Notes: generated from the sequence alone by a model not told the origin. Counted from the stretch's first letter, positions 1 to 9,592 are shown. The stretch: DNA of 64,000 bases from Myxococcota bacterium (GCA_965250285.1 OZ252299.1:1696001-1760000), one strand, 5' to 3'. Numbers and translations are program-made.

Positions 1-396
1 CACCGGGGCGACATCATCGGGGCGCTCGCGTCGCTGGAGCAGTCGGGCATCGAGCAGGCGCTCGGCGACGACGCGGCCGCGCTCGCCATCATCGACACGT
101 CGCTGGCGGCGCAGCCGAGTGGCGCAGAGACCCGAGACTTCCTCGAGAGTCGCCGCGCCGGGCTGCTGGAGCAGCTCGGGCGCTTCGACGAGGCCGCAGC
201 AGCCTGGGCCGCGGCCGCGTCGGCCGACAATCCGCGCCGCGCCGAGCTGCTGGCCAACGCAGCGCGCTGCTGGGCCGAGGCCGGCAACGCCGACAAAGCG
301 CTGTCGGTGTGGCAGGAGGCCGAGGGCCTCGACGGGGCCGGCCGCATCCCGCCGTACGTGCGCGCTCGCATGGAAGAGCTGGCCGCCGAGGCCTGA
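1..396 (+). CDS. TPR-like helical protein, C-terminal part (5' truncated by window)
   Basis: Frame 1 is open from base 1 to TGA at 394-396. Translation ...RRAGLLEQLGRFDEAAAAW...AARCWAEAGNADKALSVWQEA shows a TPR-like pattern. Confidence 0.65.
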   Translation, partial: HRGDIIGALASLEQSGIEQALGDDAAALAIIDTSLAAQPSGAETRDFLESRRAGLLEQLGRFDEAAAAWAAAASADNPRRAELLANAARCWAEAGNADKALSVWQEAEGLDGAGRIPPYVRARMEELAAEA

Positions 397-615
397 TCCG
401 AACGCGCTGCCAAAGTCGTGGCTCAGGCCCGTCCGTCGGCGGGCCATGCCACCTGGGACCGACGCGGCCACGGGCTCCGCCTGGGCCCGCGGGCCCGATC
501 TGCGGCTGCGGCGCACCCGTGCGAATGCTCTCCCGAAACCCCTGATTCGAGGCTCGTGAGGGGCTCGTTGGCCTTCACGACCGAACTGCGCCCATTCGCG
601 GATGGTCATCCCGAG

Positions 616-643
616 AAGGCCGATAAGATATATTATGTCAAAT
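616..643 (+). other. dif: dif site (XerC/XerD chromosome dimer resolution site)
   Basis: AAGGCCGATAA-GATATA-TTATGTCAAAT has the 11-6-11 layout. The right arm differs by one base from the E. coli XerD arm TTATGTTAAAT. It is an intergenic AT-rich island in very GC-rich DNA. Confidence 0.9.
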
Positions 644-756
644 AGAGAATGTCCTGGATGGAGGGGCGCCGAGCGCGTGCGAAGCGACCTTTCGCCCGCG
701 CCTTCGAGCGTCGGCTTCGCCCCGACCGCGCGACGCGCGCGCTACCCCTTCTCGTC

Positions 757-1683
757 ATGTGCGGACGAGTCCACCTCACGCATTCGGCCCAGGAGATCGC
801 GGCCTTCTTCGATCTCCCCGACGCCCAGCTCGAGTTCGCAGCGCCGCGCTACAACGTCGCGCCCGGTGCGCGGCTGCCCGCGCTGCGACTCGACGACGCC
901 GGCACCCCCGAGCTCGTGACGCTGCGCTGGGGCCTGATCCCGCCCTGGGCCAAGGACGAGCGCATCGGCTACCGCACGATCAACGCCCGGTCGGAGACCG
1001 CCGCCGAGAAGCCGTCATTTCGCAGTGCCTGGAAGCGCCGTCGCTGCGCGATCGCGGTCTCGGGCTACTACGAATGGTGGCGGCGCAAGCCCAAGGCTCG
1101 GCCCGAACGGGCCTACCGCTTCTATCCGGTCGACGCGCCGCTCTTCGCGTTCGCGGGCCTCTGGGAGCGCTGGGATCCCGGCGATGGCCCGCCGATCGAG
1201 TCCTGCACGATCCTCACGCGGGCCGCGGCCCCCGCGCTCCAGGCGATTCATGACCGACAGCCGATCCTGCTCGCACCGACCGAGATCGACCGCTGGGTCT
1301 CGGCGGGCGCGCCCCCGGCCCTCGAGGAGCTGGTCGATCCCGCGCGAACCGGCGTGCGGGTGGCCGTCGAGCAAGTCTCGACGGTGGTCAACGACGCGCG
1401 CAACGAGGACCCCGCCTGTGTCGTCGCCGACCCCGCCCTCGATTTGGCCGAGCAGCTGATGCAGCGCCGCGGCTGGGGCGACGGTTTCGAGGCCACGGCC
1501 TTCGGGCCTCAGGCGCGCTGGCGAGATCCGGCGACCGGCGAGCCCGGCCGGCTCGATCCCGAGAGCCCCGAGCTCGTACGGGTCCTTGTGGCCGAGATGG
1601 ACGCGGCCGCCGTCGACATCACGACGATTCGGACGCTGTCGCCCGCCGAGATCGGCGAAGCGTGGCTGGCCTGGCGCAGCTGA
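757..1683 (+). CDS. SOS response-associated peptidase (SRAP/YedK/HMCES family) with C-terminal extension
   Basis: Starts MCGR (catalytic Cys2) at ATG 757. Motifs RYNVAP, RWGLIPPW, INARSET, GYYEW, FAGLWE and IHDRQP are present. Confidence 0.92.
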   Translation: MCGRVHLTHSAQEIAAFFDLPDAQLEFAAPRYNVAPGARLPALRLDDAGTPELVTLRWGLIPPWAKDERIGYRTINARSETAAEKPSFRSAWKRRRCAIAVSGYYEWWRRKPKARPERAYRFYPVDAPLFAFAGLWERWDPGDGPPIESCTILTRAAAPALQAIHDRQPILLAPTEIDRWVSAGAPPALEELVDPARTGVRVAVEQVSTVVNDARNEDPACVVADPALDLAEQLMQRRGWGDGFEATAFGPQARWRDPATGEPGRLDPESPELVRVLVAEMDAAAVDITTIRTLSPAEIGEAWLAWRS

Positions 1684-1889
1684 GCGCAGGACGGCCGTCG
1701 GCCTCGCGCAGGCGATCGACTACGCCCAGGCCGGTCTGACGCCGCAGCGCCGCGAGCCGCACGCCCGGACGGCGTGCGCCGAAGCCCCGCAACGGCCCAC
1801 CAGCGTTCGGGAAATCGGTGCGCTCGCCCTACCGCTCCCTCGCGGGGGGTGCTATACGCGCGACGAATTCGACCGAATCCAGGAGCGAC

Positions 1890-3323
1890 GTGGGGGCGCC
1901 GACGGCTCGACGACAGCAGGAACCGCGCCAGGCCTTCGAAGCGGCGGGCCAGGGGCACGTGTTCGCGCACTGGGAAACGCTCTCGCCGAGCGAGCAGACG
2001 GACCTGCTCGCCCAGACGGAGGCGCTGGCGCCCCGCCTCGAGGCGCTGACGGCCGCCTGGCGCGCTGCGACCGCCCACACGTCCTCGGATGGCCCGGCGC
2101 AGCTCAGCCCGCCTGAGGTCGTCGCCCTGCCCGAGCACGGCGGCAAGCCCGAAGAGATCGCCCGCGCCCGAGCGCGCGGCCTCGAGCTGCTCGACGCCGG
2201 CCGCGTCGCCGTTTTCGTGGTCGCGGGGGGTCAGGGCACACGGCTGGGGTTCGATGGCCCCAAGGGCGTCTACCCGGTCGGCCCGGTCAGCGATCGCACG
2301 CTGTTTCGCCTCCAGGCACAGAAGATCGAGGGTTGGCGTCGTCGAACGGGGCGCGCCCTTCCCTGGTACGTCATGACGAGTCCGGCCACCCACGCCGGCA
2401 CCGTCGAGCACTTCGAGCGCGAGTCGCACTTCGGGCTGCCCCGCGAAGACGTGCGCATCTTCCAGCAGGAGACGGTGCCCGCCTTCGACGACGACGGCCG
2501 CTTCTTTCTCGAGACCCCGAGCCGCATCTTCGAGAATCCGGGTGGGCACGGTGGCGCGCTCAAGGCCCTGCTCGACTCGGGGGCGCTCGATGACATGGAT
2601 GCGCGTGGCATCGACCGGGTCTTCTACTACCAGGTCGACAATCCCCTCGCCCCGCTGGCCGACCCGGTCTTCCTCGGGCTGCACGACCTCGCGGGCGCCG
2701 AGATCTCGTGCAAGGTGATCCGCAAGGACGATCCGATGGAGAAGGTCGGGATCGTGGCCCGGGTCGACGGCCGACTGGGGATCGTCGAATACACCGAGCT
2801 CGGCGACGCCGAGCGCCATCTGCGCGACGACGACGGCCAGCTCGTGTACTGGGCCGGCAACATCGCGATTCATTGCTTCGACACGCAGTTCGTACGCCGC
2901 GTCGCAGAGCGCGCCGACGCCTGGTTGCCGCTGCATGCCTCGCGCAAGAAGATCCCGTTCGTCGATGTCGCGGGTGTCCGCCACGAGCCCACCGAGCCCA
3001 ACGGTGACAAGCTCGAGCGCTTCGTCTTCGACGCCCTGCCCCGCGCCGAGCGCGTGTGCGTGCAGGAGGTGCGCGCGAGCGAAGAGTTCGCGCCGATCAA
3101 GAACGCCGAAGGCAACGACTCACCGGCGAGCGCGCGAGCGGCCCTCGTGGACCAGTACCACGCGTGGCTCGACGACACGCCCGTTGCCGACGAGCTGCGT
3201 GGCCAGACGATCGAGATCGATCACGCCGTGATCGATGGCGCGGCCGACGCGCAGGCGCTCGCCGCCGACAACCCCGAAGTCATCCGCGACGCGATTCGTG
3301 TCGCCACAGGGAACGACGCATGA
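1890..3323 (+). CDS. UDP-N-acetylglucosamine/UDP-sugar pyrophosphorylase (UDPGP family)
   Basis: Motifs AGGQGTRLGFDGPKG, PGGHGG, QVDNPL, EKVG, VEYTE, KLERFVFD and EFAPIKN. GTG 1890 follows an AGGAG RBS. Confidence 0.9.
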   Translation: MGAPTARRQQEPRQAFEAAGQGHVFAHWETLSPSEQTDLLAQTEALAPRLEALTAAWRAATAHTSSDGPAQLSPPEVVALPEHGGKPEEIARARARGLELLDAGRVAVFVVAGGQGTRLGFDGPKGVYPVGPVSDRTLFRLQAQKIEGWRRRTGRALPWYVMTSPATHAGTVEHFERESHFGLPREDVRIFQQETVPAFDDDGRFFLETPSRIFENPGGHGGALKALLDSGALDDMDARGIDRVFYYQVDNPLAPLADPVFLGLHDLAGAEISCKVIRKDDPMEKVGIVARVDGRLGIVEYTELGDAERHLRDDDGQLVYWAGNIAIHCFDTQFVRRVAERADAWLPLHASRKKIPFVDVAGVRHEPTEPNGDKLERFVFDALPRAERVCVQEVRASEEFAPIKNAEGNDSPASARAALVDQYHAWLDDTPVADELRGQTIEIDHAVIDGAADAQALAADNPEVIRDAIRVATGNDA

Positions 3324-4246
3324 GCCCGACGAAGTCGAAAGCCTCGAAGAGCAAGACCGCAGCGGCGAAGAAGGCCGCGGCCAAGAAGAAGAAGGCCGCC
3401 GCCAAGAAGAAGGCCGTGGCCGACAAGAAGGCCGGAGCGGCGAAGAAGAAGGCCGCGGCCGCCAAGAAGAAGGCGGCGGCCGCGAAGAAGAAGGCTGCGG
3501 CGGCCAAGAAGAAGGCCGTGTTGGCCAAGAAGGCGGCGGCGGCCAAAAAGAAGGCTGCGGCGAAGAAGGAGAAGGCGCGCAAGGACGCGATCCGCAAGAA
3601 GGAAGCGGCGCGCAAGGCCGCCGAGAAGAAGAAGGCCGCCGCCAAGAAGGCCGCCGAGAAGAAGGCCCGCGACGCCGCGCGCAAGAAGGCGCAGGCCGAG
3701 AAGGAGGCCGAGCGCAAGCGGATCAAGGCCGAAAAGGAAGCGGCGCGCAAGAAGGCCGCCGAGGAGAAGGCCGCTGCACGCAAGGCTGCCGCCGAGGAGA
3801 AGGCCCGCATCGCGGCCGAGAAGAAGGCGGCACGCGAAGAGGCGAAGCGCATTGCGGCCGAGAAGAAGGCCGCCGAGCAGGCCGAGAAGGAGCGTCGCCG
3901 ACGCCGCGCGAAGAACTTTCAGCCCCCCGGCCCGAAGCACCCGACGCGGGGATACAAGTTCACGTGTTGGAACTGCGGCCTGAAGTTCTACGACATGAAC
4001 AAGCCCGATCCCGTCTGCCCGAAGTGCGGCGTCGATCAGCGCGACAAGCCGAGCGGATCGGAAGCGGCCGAGGAGGCCCCGATCAATCGGCCGATCGTGC
4101 GGCCGATGGCGCCGCTCCTGGACGACGACGACGAGATCGCGAACCCCGCCGACGACGAATCGACCAACGAGAAAGGGGGCGGCGAGGAGATGTTCGACGA
4201 TGTCACCGACGCCTCGGTGGCCGAGAGCGACGACGACGAGTCGTAG
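3320..4246 (+). CDS. Lys/Ala-rich histone-H1-like region fused to FYDLN_acid (TIGR02300-type) Zn-ribbon domain with acidic tail
   Basis: ATGA overlap with the upstream stop. N-terminus has KKKAAAA-type repeats, followed by CWNCGLKFYDMNKPDPVCPKCG and a D/E-rich C-terminus. Confidence 0.8.
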   Translation: MSPTKSKASKSKTAAAKKAAAKKKKAAAKKKAVADKKAGAAKKKAAAAKKKAAAAKKKAAAAKKKAVLAKKAAAAKKKAAAKKEKARKDAIRKKEAARKAAEKKKAAAKKAAEKKARDAARKKAQAEKEAERKRIKAEKEAARKKAAEEKAAARKAAAEEKARIAAEKKAAREEAKRIAAEKKAAEQAEKERRRRRAKNFQPPGPKHPTRGYKFTCWNCGLKFYDMNKPDPVCPKCGVDQRDKPSGSEAAEEAPINRPIVRPMAPLLDDDDEIANPADDESTNEKGGGEEMFDDVTDASVAESDDDES

Positions 4247-4337
4247 CGGCGAGCCGAGCGCGCCCGGCCCTGCGAAGTGGGCTCGGCAGGGTGGCTCCAG
4301 CGACGCGGAAGCGCCGCGTGGGTTCGGCGCCGCGCGT

Positions 4338-4775
4338 TCAGATCTGGGTCAGTCGCCGCAGATGCGCTTGCCAGCCATCGCCCAGCTCGGCGCGGGCCGC
4401 GAGCTCGGCATCGATGTCGCGGATCCGGGCCTCGCGCTCGGCGATCTGCGTGCCGAGCTCGCGCAGCCCATCGCTCTGCGCGCGCACGCGTTCGAAGTCG
4501 GCCACCGCCTCGTCCATCATGGCGTGCGATCCGCCGCGCTTGCGTCCCGCTCGAGCGGCGTCGTAGCGGCTCTGCAGCGAAGCAACCTCGGCCTCGTAGG
4601 CCGCGCGAAGGTTCGTCAAGTCGGCCTGCTCGTAGCTGTGGAACGGGCGCTTCGCCTCCGAAGCGGCCTCGGCCTCGAGGTTGCGCACGTAGTTGCCGCC
4701 CCCCGCTGCCACCAGAATGGCGAGCAGGGCGGCCAGCCCCAGCACCGCCTTGCCTTCGATGCGTCGCGTCTTCAT
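4338..4775 (-). CDS. Hypothetical membrane-anchored coiled-coil protein
   Basis: MKTRRIEGKAVLGLAALLAILVAAGG gives an N-terminal TM, then a helical region. ATG overlaps the PfkB-family stop. Confidence 0.65.
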   Translation of the reverse strand: MKTRRIEGKAVLGLAALLAILVAAGGGNYVRNLEAEAASEAKRPFHSYEQADLTNLRAAYEAEVASLQSRYDAARAGRKRGGSHAMMDEAVADFERVRAQSDGLRELGTQIAEREARIRDIDAELAARAELGDGWQAHLRRLTQI

Positions 4776-5737
4776 CGATCGATCTCCCTGCCGGCGGCGC
4801 TGCGATCGAGCAACGCCCCCGCCTGCTCGGCGGTGGGCAGCCCCGACTGAGCGCCCTCGCCCCGGCAACTCAGCGCGGCGACCGCGCACCCCATGCGGAG
4901 GCAGACCTCGGCCGAGCCCCCCTCGAGCAGCCCCCAGGCAAAGCCCGCATGAAACGCATCGCCGGCGCCCGTCGTGTCCCGGACTTCGACCGGGAACGCA
5001 GGCACCTCGATGACGTCGTCGCCGAAGCGCCCGATCGCACCGTGCTCTCCGAGCGTGACCACGGCGCCTCGGGCCCCGAGCTCCACGAGCCGGTCGAGAC
5101 AGGCGTGCGGATCTCGGCTGCGATCGAACTCATCGGCAAAATGTCGGCTCACCACAGGAAATTCGACACGAGACAGCAGCTGCTCCCAGTCTTCGAAGAG
5201 CGCGTCCGCGTCCAGCATGACCGGAACGTGTGCACGACGAGCGCACTCGATCGCGGTTCGCGTCGCATCGAGATCGGTGGCGTCGGCCATCAGGAGTCGA
5301 CCCGATTCGATCAGGCGCCGGCGTTTCTTCCCGATGCGCGCGACGAGGCGCGGGTCGCGGTGGGCGAGCACGCTGCGCTCGCCATCGTGGTGTCGCACGT
5401 AGATGTGCGCCGACCGGGTGCGTACGCCCTTGACCCGCCGCACGCCCGTCAGGTCGATGCCCGCGGCCTCGAGCGGCGCGAGCGCCTGCCGGCCGCTCTT
5501 CTCGCGCCCCACTGCGCCGATCAGCGCGGTGCGCAGACCGAGCCGCGCGCAGCCGAGGCTAGAAGTTGCGAGCTGGCCGCCGGGGAGATCGGTCACCTCG
5601 TCGAGCACGGTCTTGTCGCCGGCGGTCGGCCAGCGCTCGACCCGCGCGACCGTATCGATCGAGATCTCGCCGACGCCGACGACGTCGAAGCGCGCATCGC
5701 CGCTCTCGGTGCGACCCAGCAGCGCCTCTTCGGTCAT
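4772..5737 (-). CDS. PfkB/ribokinase-family carbohydrate kinase
   Basis: DVVGVG, PGG, VVTLGEHGA and the DTTGAGDAFHAG signature. Confidence 0.92.
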   Translation of the reverse strand: MTEEALLGRTESGDARFDVVGVGEISIDTVARVERWPTAGDKTVLDEVTDLPGGQLATSSLGCARLGLRTALIGAVGREKSGRQALAPLEAAGIDLTGVRRVKGVRTRSAHIYVRHHDGERSVLAHRDPRLVARIGKKRRRLIESGRLLMADATDLDATRTAIECARRAHVPVMLDADALFEDWEQLLSRVEFPVVSRHFADEFDRSRDPHACLDRLVELGARGAVVTLGEHGAIGRFGDDVIEVPAFPVEVRDTTGAGDAFHAGFAWGLLEGGSAEVCLRMGCAVAALSCRGEGAQSGLPTAEQAGALLDRSAAGREIDR

Positions 5738-5739
5738 GT

Positions 5740-7950
5740 TCAGTAGAGCACCCGGTAGGCGTGCAGGCTGCGCAGGACGCGCTTCACGTAGCTTCGTGTC
5801 TGGTTGTAGGGGATGGACTCGACCCACTCGTCATCGCTCGAGCCCGCCGTCCGGTCCCACGTCGCGACGGCCTCCGGGCCCGCGTTGTAGCTCGCAATGG
5901 ACGACGAGGCCTGACCGCGAAAGAGTCGGGACAGCTCGGTCAGATACTGCGAACCGAGCAGGATGTTCGTTTCGGGCCGGAAGAGATCATCGGCCTCGAA
6001 CGTGCGCAGACCGCGGTCTCGGGCCAGACGCTCGCCCGTCGGCACCATGATCTGCATCAGCCCGCGCGCGCCGACCGGTGAGATGACCTCGGGCCGGTAA
6101 CCGCTCTCTTCGCGCATGATGGCCCAGACCAGCTCGGGCGGAACGCTCTCTCCTTCGGCCGTCGCCGCGTCGACGTAGGGCTCGAACGCCGACGGCCACG
6201 CGTGCCACCAGAGCTCCTCGTGTCCGCGCTGCGGCCCGCCGGCCAGGAGCGCCGTGTACGGGATGACGACGATCTTCTGCGCGGCATGATGATCCCCGGC
6301 TTCGATCAGCAGCTCGGCGAGCTCGAGTCGGTCAGCGAGCCCGCGGGCCTGCCGGCGCATCGCCGCCAGCTCGTCGCGGGCAGCCTCTTCGAGACCGGCC
6401 GCCAGGAGGATGCGCGCACGCTCCGTGGCCGAGGGCGTGAGGCCGCGCGGGCCGGGTGAGAGTCGCTCGTCGGCGGCCGGAGATTGCGTGCGGTCGAGGC
6501 CTTCGGGCTCGAGCTCGACCGCGACCGACGCGCCCGCAGCCAGGCGCGCGGCGCGCTCATTGCGCACGCGCTCGCCGGCGCGCCAGCCGTAGTACGAGAG
6601 CGGGTAGTCGCGGGCGAGCGTGTCGAGCTCGGCGCGTCCGCCCGGCTCGCCGCTGCGTTCGAGGGCGCGCGCGCGCCAGTAGCGGCTGCGCAGTTGACCG
6701 ATCTCGTCGAGCCGGCCGCGCGAGAGCAGCCGGTCGAACTGTTCGATGGCGTCGGCGTCGCGGCCATCGCGATAGGCCGACCACCCGAGCCGCCAGGCCG
6801 CGGCATTGCCCAGCCCGCTGCGGCCGTGACCGAGCGCGATCTCCTCGAACAGCACCCGCGCCTCTTCGTGGAAGTCGCGCCCGTCGAGGAGCAGCGCCGA
6901 GAGATACGTCGCCCGTGCCCGCAGTCGCGGGTGCTCGCGCGCGATTTCCTGAAACGCGTCGATGGCCTCCATCACCTGGCCGGCGCGCGCCATGCTGCGC
7001 GCTCGCCAGATGGGGATGTCGCCCTTCTGGGGCAGCGCTTCGAAGGCGGCGAGGGCTTCGGGGTAGCGGCGCAACCTGAAGAGTGTCTCGGCGCGCCGCG
7101 TGACCACGGCGCGACGGACCGACGCCGAGAGCTCATGACCCAGCGCGATGTCGAAGGCCTCGAGCGCGCCGTCGTTGTCGCGCTGCGCGTAGAGTCGATT
7201 GCCGCGGCGCCGCCAGTAGTCGGCGGTGAGGAACGACTCGCCGAGGAACGTCTCGAGCAGCTCGAGGCGGTGCTGGGCGAGCTTGGCCTCGTCGGTGGTC
7301 GGGTGTGCGTACCAGATGAGCCGGTAGGTGATGGCGGCCTCGGCATCGAGCCCCGAGCGTTCTTCGCTGGCCGCAATCGAGAGCAGCAGCCGCGCCCGCT
7401 CGGCGTCGTCGCGCACCTCACCGAGCGCAGCCGTCCACGCGGCTCGGGCGCCCTCTTCGTCGTGCATGTCGGCGAGCGCCTCGCCGAGCTCGGCATGCAG
7501 CCGGCCGACGAGCCGCGACTGCGCATGCTCCTGCGCTGCTTTGCGCGCGAGCGCGGCCGCGGCCTTCGGCTCGTCGTCTTCGAGCAGAACGCGCACACCG
7601 AGCGCAGCGGCGTGATCGGCGATGATCGGGTGGCGCTGCATGACTTCGACGAGCAGCCAGCGGGCATGGGCGCGATCGCCCGCTTCGAGCGCCTCGATCG
7701 CGGCGCGCAGCGCCTGGGCCGGGTCGGCCAGCCGAGCCTGACTGCGCTCCCGCAGCACGCGATCGGCAGCGGGGCCCTCGAGGCCCAGCGCAGCGATCGG
7801 GCCGACAGGTCGCATCGCGCCCTCGGGTCGCATCGTGTGCGCTGCCGATTCGGTGACGCCGCGCACGTCCTCGGCCACCGCGACCAGCGGATCGGCGACG
7901 ATCAGCGCGGTCCCGACGAGCAGCAGCCCGCTGGCAGCGGTTCGAATCAT
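5740..7950 (-). CDS. slt: Soluble lytic murein transglycosylase (Slt70-like, TPR superhelix + SLT domain)
   Basis: IMREESG, GARGLMQIM, ASYNAGP, ESIPYNQTRSYVKRV and the YPLSYYG linker. Signal-like N-terminus. Start is uncertain (7950-8031). Confidence 0.88.
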   Translation of the reverse strand: MIRTAASGLLLVGTALIVADPLVAVAEDVRGVTESAAHTMRPEGAMRPVGPIAALGLEGPAADRVLRERSQARLADPAQALRAAIEALEAGDRAHARWLLVEVMQRHPIIADHAAALGVRVLLEDDEPKAAAALARKAAQEHAQSRLVGRLHAELGEALADMHDEEGARAAWTAALGEVRDDAERARLLLSIAASEERSGLDAEAAITYRLIWYAHPTTDEAKLAQHRLELLETFLGESFLTADYWRRRGNRLYAQRDNDGALEAFDIALGHELSASVRRAVVTRRAETLFRLRRYPEALAAFEALPQKGDIPIWRARSMARAGQVMEAIDAFQEIAREHPRLRARATYLSALLLDGRDFHEEARVLFEEIALGHGRSGLGNAAAWRLGWSAYRDGRDADAIEQFDRLLSRGRLDEIGQLRSRYWRARALERSGEPGGRAELDTLARDYPLSYYGWRAGERVRNERAARLAAGASVAVELEPEGLDRTQSPAADERLSPGPRGLTPSATERARILLAAGLEEAARDELAAMRRQARGLADRLELAELLIEAGDHHAAQKIVVIPYTALLAGGPQRGHEELWWHAWPSAFEPYVDAATAEGESVPPELVWAIMREESGYRPEVISPVGARGLMQIMVPTGERLARDRGLRTFEADDLFRPETNILLGSQYLTELSRLFRGQASSSIASYNAGPEAVATWDRTAGSSDDEWVESIPYNQTRSYVKRVLRSLHAYRVLY

Positions 7951-8245
7951 GCTCCTCCACACCCCGGAGCGGCGCATCGACGTTCGGTCGCGCGGCCGCG
8001 TCGCGATCCCGACCTCGATCCTGCGGACCATGAGACCGGGTGCATGCGTTACTTTAGACGTTCATCCCCCCGAAGCACGTGACTCGCGCCCGACGCGCAC
8101 CGCCCGTTCGTCATCCGCGATCCCGACCGATCGGGAACCCCAGAGACGACCGCGAAGCGGTGACGATGAAAAGGCGCCGCACCTCATCGAGAGGGACCTC
8201 GACGTGATTCCGTTCCATCTGAACATCGCCCTTTTCGAGAGCAGC

Positions 8246-9592
8246 TTGAGCGCACGTCCGACGTGGATCGCCCTCACCTGTGCGGCGTTGCTGCTCGCTT
8301 GCGGAGAAGCTGCGGATCCGGGCGCCACGGCCGGGCCCGATGGAGCCGCCGCCGTCGTCGAAGTCGAAGCGGAAGCGCTCGCGCCGGTCTCGCTCCCGGC
8401 GCCCCACTCTGAGCCCGCCGGCCCTTCGCTCGAACGCTCGACCCGACCCCGGGGTCTGTGGGTGCTCGCCGAGGGCAGCGAGCGCGTGCTCGACGACCCG
8501 GCCAAGGTCCCCGCGCTCGTCGACCACGCGGTGGCGCTCGGCGCGACGGATCTCTTCGTGCAGGTGTATCGAGGCGGTCGCGCCTGGTACGACGCCACGC
8601 TCGCCGACCCGACGCCGTTCAAGGCGGTGCATGACGCGACGGGCGTCGATCCCCTGGCCGACCTGCTCGAGCGCGCGCATGCAGCCGGGCTCAAGGTGCA
8701 CGCGTGGGTCAACGTGCTGTCGCTCTCGCAGAATCGCGATGCCCCGATCATCGACGAGTTGGGTCGCCAGTCGATCCTCGTCGATCGGCGCGGCCGCTCG
8801 ATGCTCGACTACCCGGCCCTCGAGCTTCCCGACCCTGATCGCGGCTGGTACCGGATGGGCACGCGAGGCGTCTACCTCGACGCGGGGGCGCCGGGCGTGC
8901 GTGACCGGCTGACGTCCGTCTTCGAAGAGCTGATCGTCCGCTACCCGACCCTCGACGGCCTGCACCTCGACTACATCCGGCACCCGGGCGCGCTGCCGTT
9001 CGTGCCGGGCTCGCGCTTCGGGGTCGGCATCGACTTCGGCTACGGCGCCGGCACGCGCGCGCGCTTTCGCGAGGAGACGGGCGTCAACGGGCCGTACGCC
9101 ACCCCCGACGAGCCAGCGACGAGCAAGATCGTTCACGCGCACCGCTGGGACGACTGGCGCCGAGCGCAGGTCACCGAGCTGGTGCGATCGATCCGCGAGC
9201 AGACGCAGATCGTCAAGCCCGACCTCGTGATCTCGGCTGCCGTGAACAGCTACGTCGATCGCGCCTACCTGAGCCTGGCGCAGGATTGGAAGCGCTGGCT
9301 CGAAGAGGGGCTGATCGATCTCGCGATCCCGATGGTCTACACGCTCGACGATCGGCTGCTGCGCTATCAGCTCGATCACTTCGCGACCGCGCCCGACCAC
9401 GAGCGCGTCTGGCCGGGCATCGGCGTGTGGCTCCACGCGCGCCGACCCGGCGAGGCGATCGAGCAGATCGGCATCGCTCGCGAGGCCGGTGCCCCCGGCG
9501 AGGTGCTCTTCTCGTACGACTCGATCGTCGCGGCGCCGGGTCTGCAGGCCGCGCTCGAGGAGGCCGCGCAGTCGGACGTCGCCGCTCGATGA
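8246..9592 (+). CDS. GHL10/DUF187 (YddW/DigH-like) glycoside hydrolase lipoprotein
   Basis: Lipobox LLAC, then RGLWV, LFVQV, GLKVHAWVN, DGLHLDYIR, QDWKRW and PMVY. Start is approximate (TTG 8246). Confidence 0.8.
   Translation: MSARPTWIALTCAALLLACGEAADPGATAGPDGAAAVVEVEAEALAPVSLPAPHSEPAGPSLERSTRPRGLWVLAEGSERVLDDPAKVPALVDHAVALGATDLFVQVYRGGRAWYDATLADPTPFKAVHDATGVDPLADLLERAHAAGLKVHAWVNVLSLSQNRDAPIIDELGRQSILVDRRGRSMLDYPALELPDPDRGWYRMGTRGVYLDAGAPGVRDRLTSVFEELIVRYPTLDGLHLDYIRHPGALPFVPGSRFGVGIDFGYGAGTRARFREETGVNGPYATPDEPATSKIVHAHRWDDWRRAQVTELVRSIREQTQIVKPDLVISAAVNSYVDRAYLSLAQDWKRWLEEGLIDLAIPMVYTLDDRLLRYQLDHFATAPDHERVWPGIGVWLHARRPGEAIEQIGIAREAGAPGEVLFSYDSIVAAPGLQAALEEAAQSDVAAR

Noticed and set aside
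619..626. GCCGATAA as a perfect sigma28 -10 box
   Set aside because: It is part of the XerC arm of dif, and there is no matching -35 at the expected spacing.
3340..3900. AAGAAGGCCGCC-type low-complexity repeats as a possible CRISPR or satellite array
   Set aside because: They are in-frame Lys/Ala codons of the histone-like protein, with no constant repeat and unique spacer pattern.
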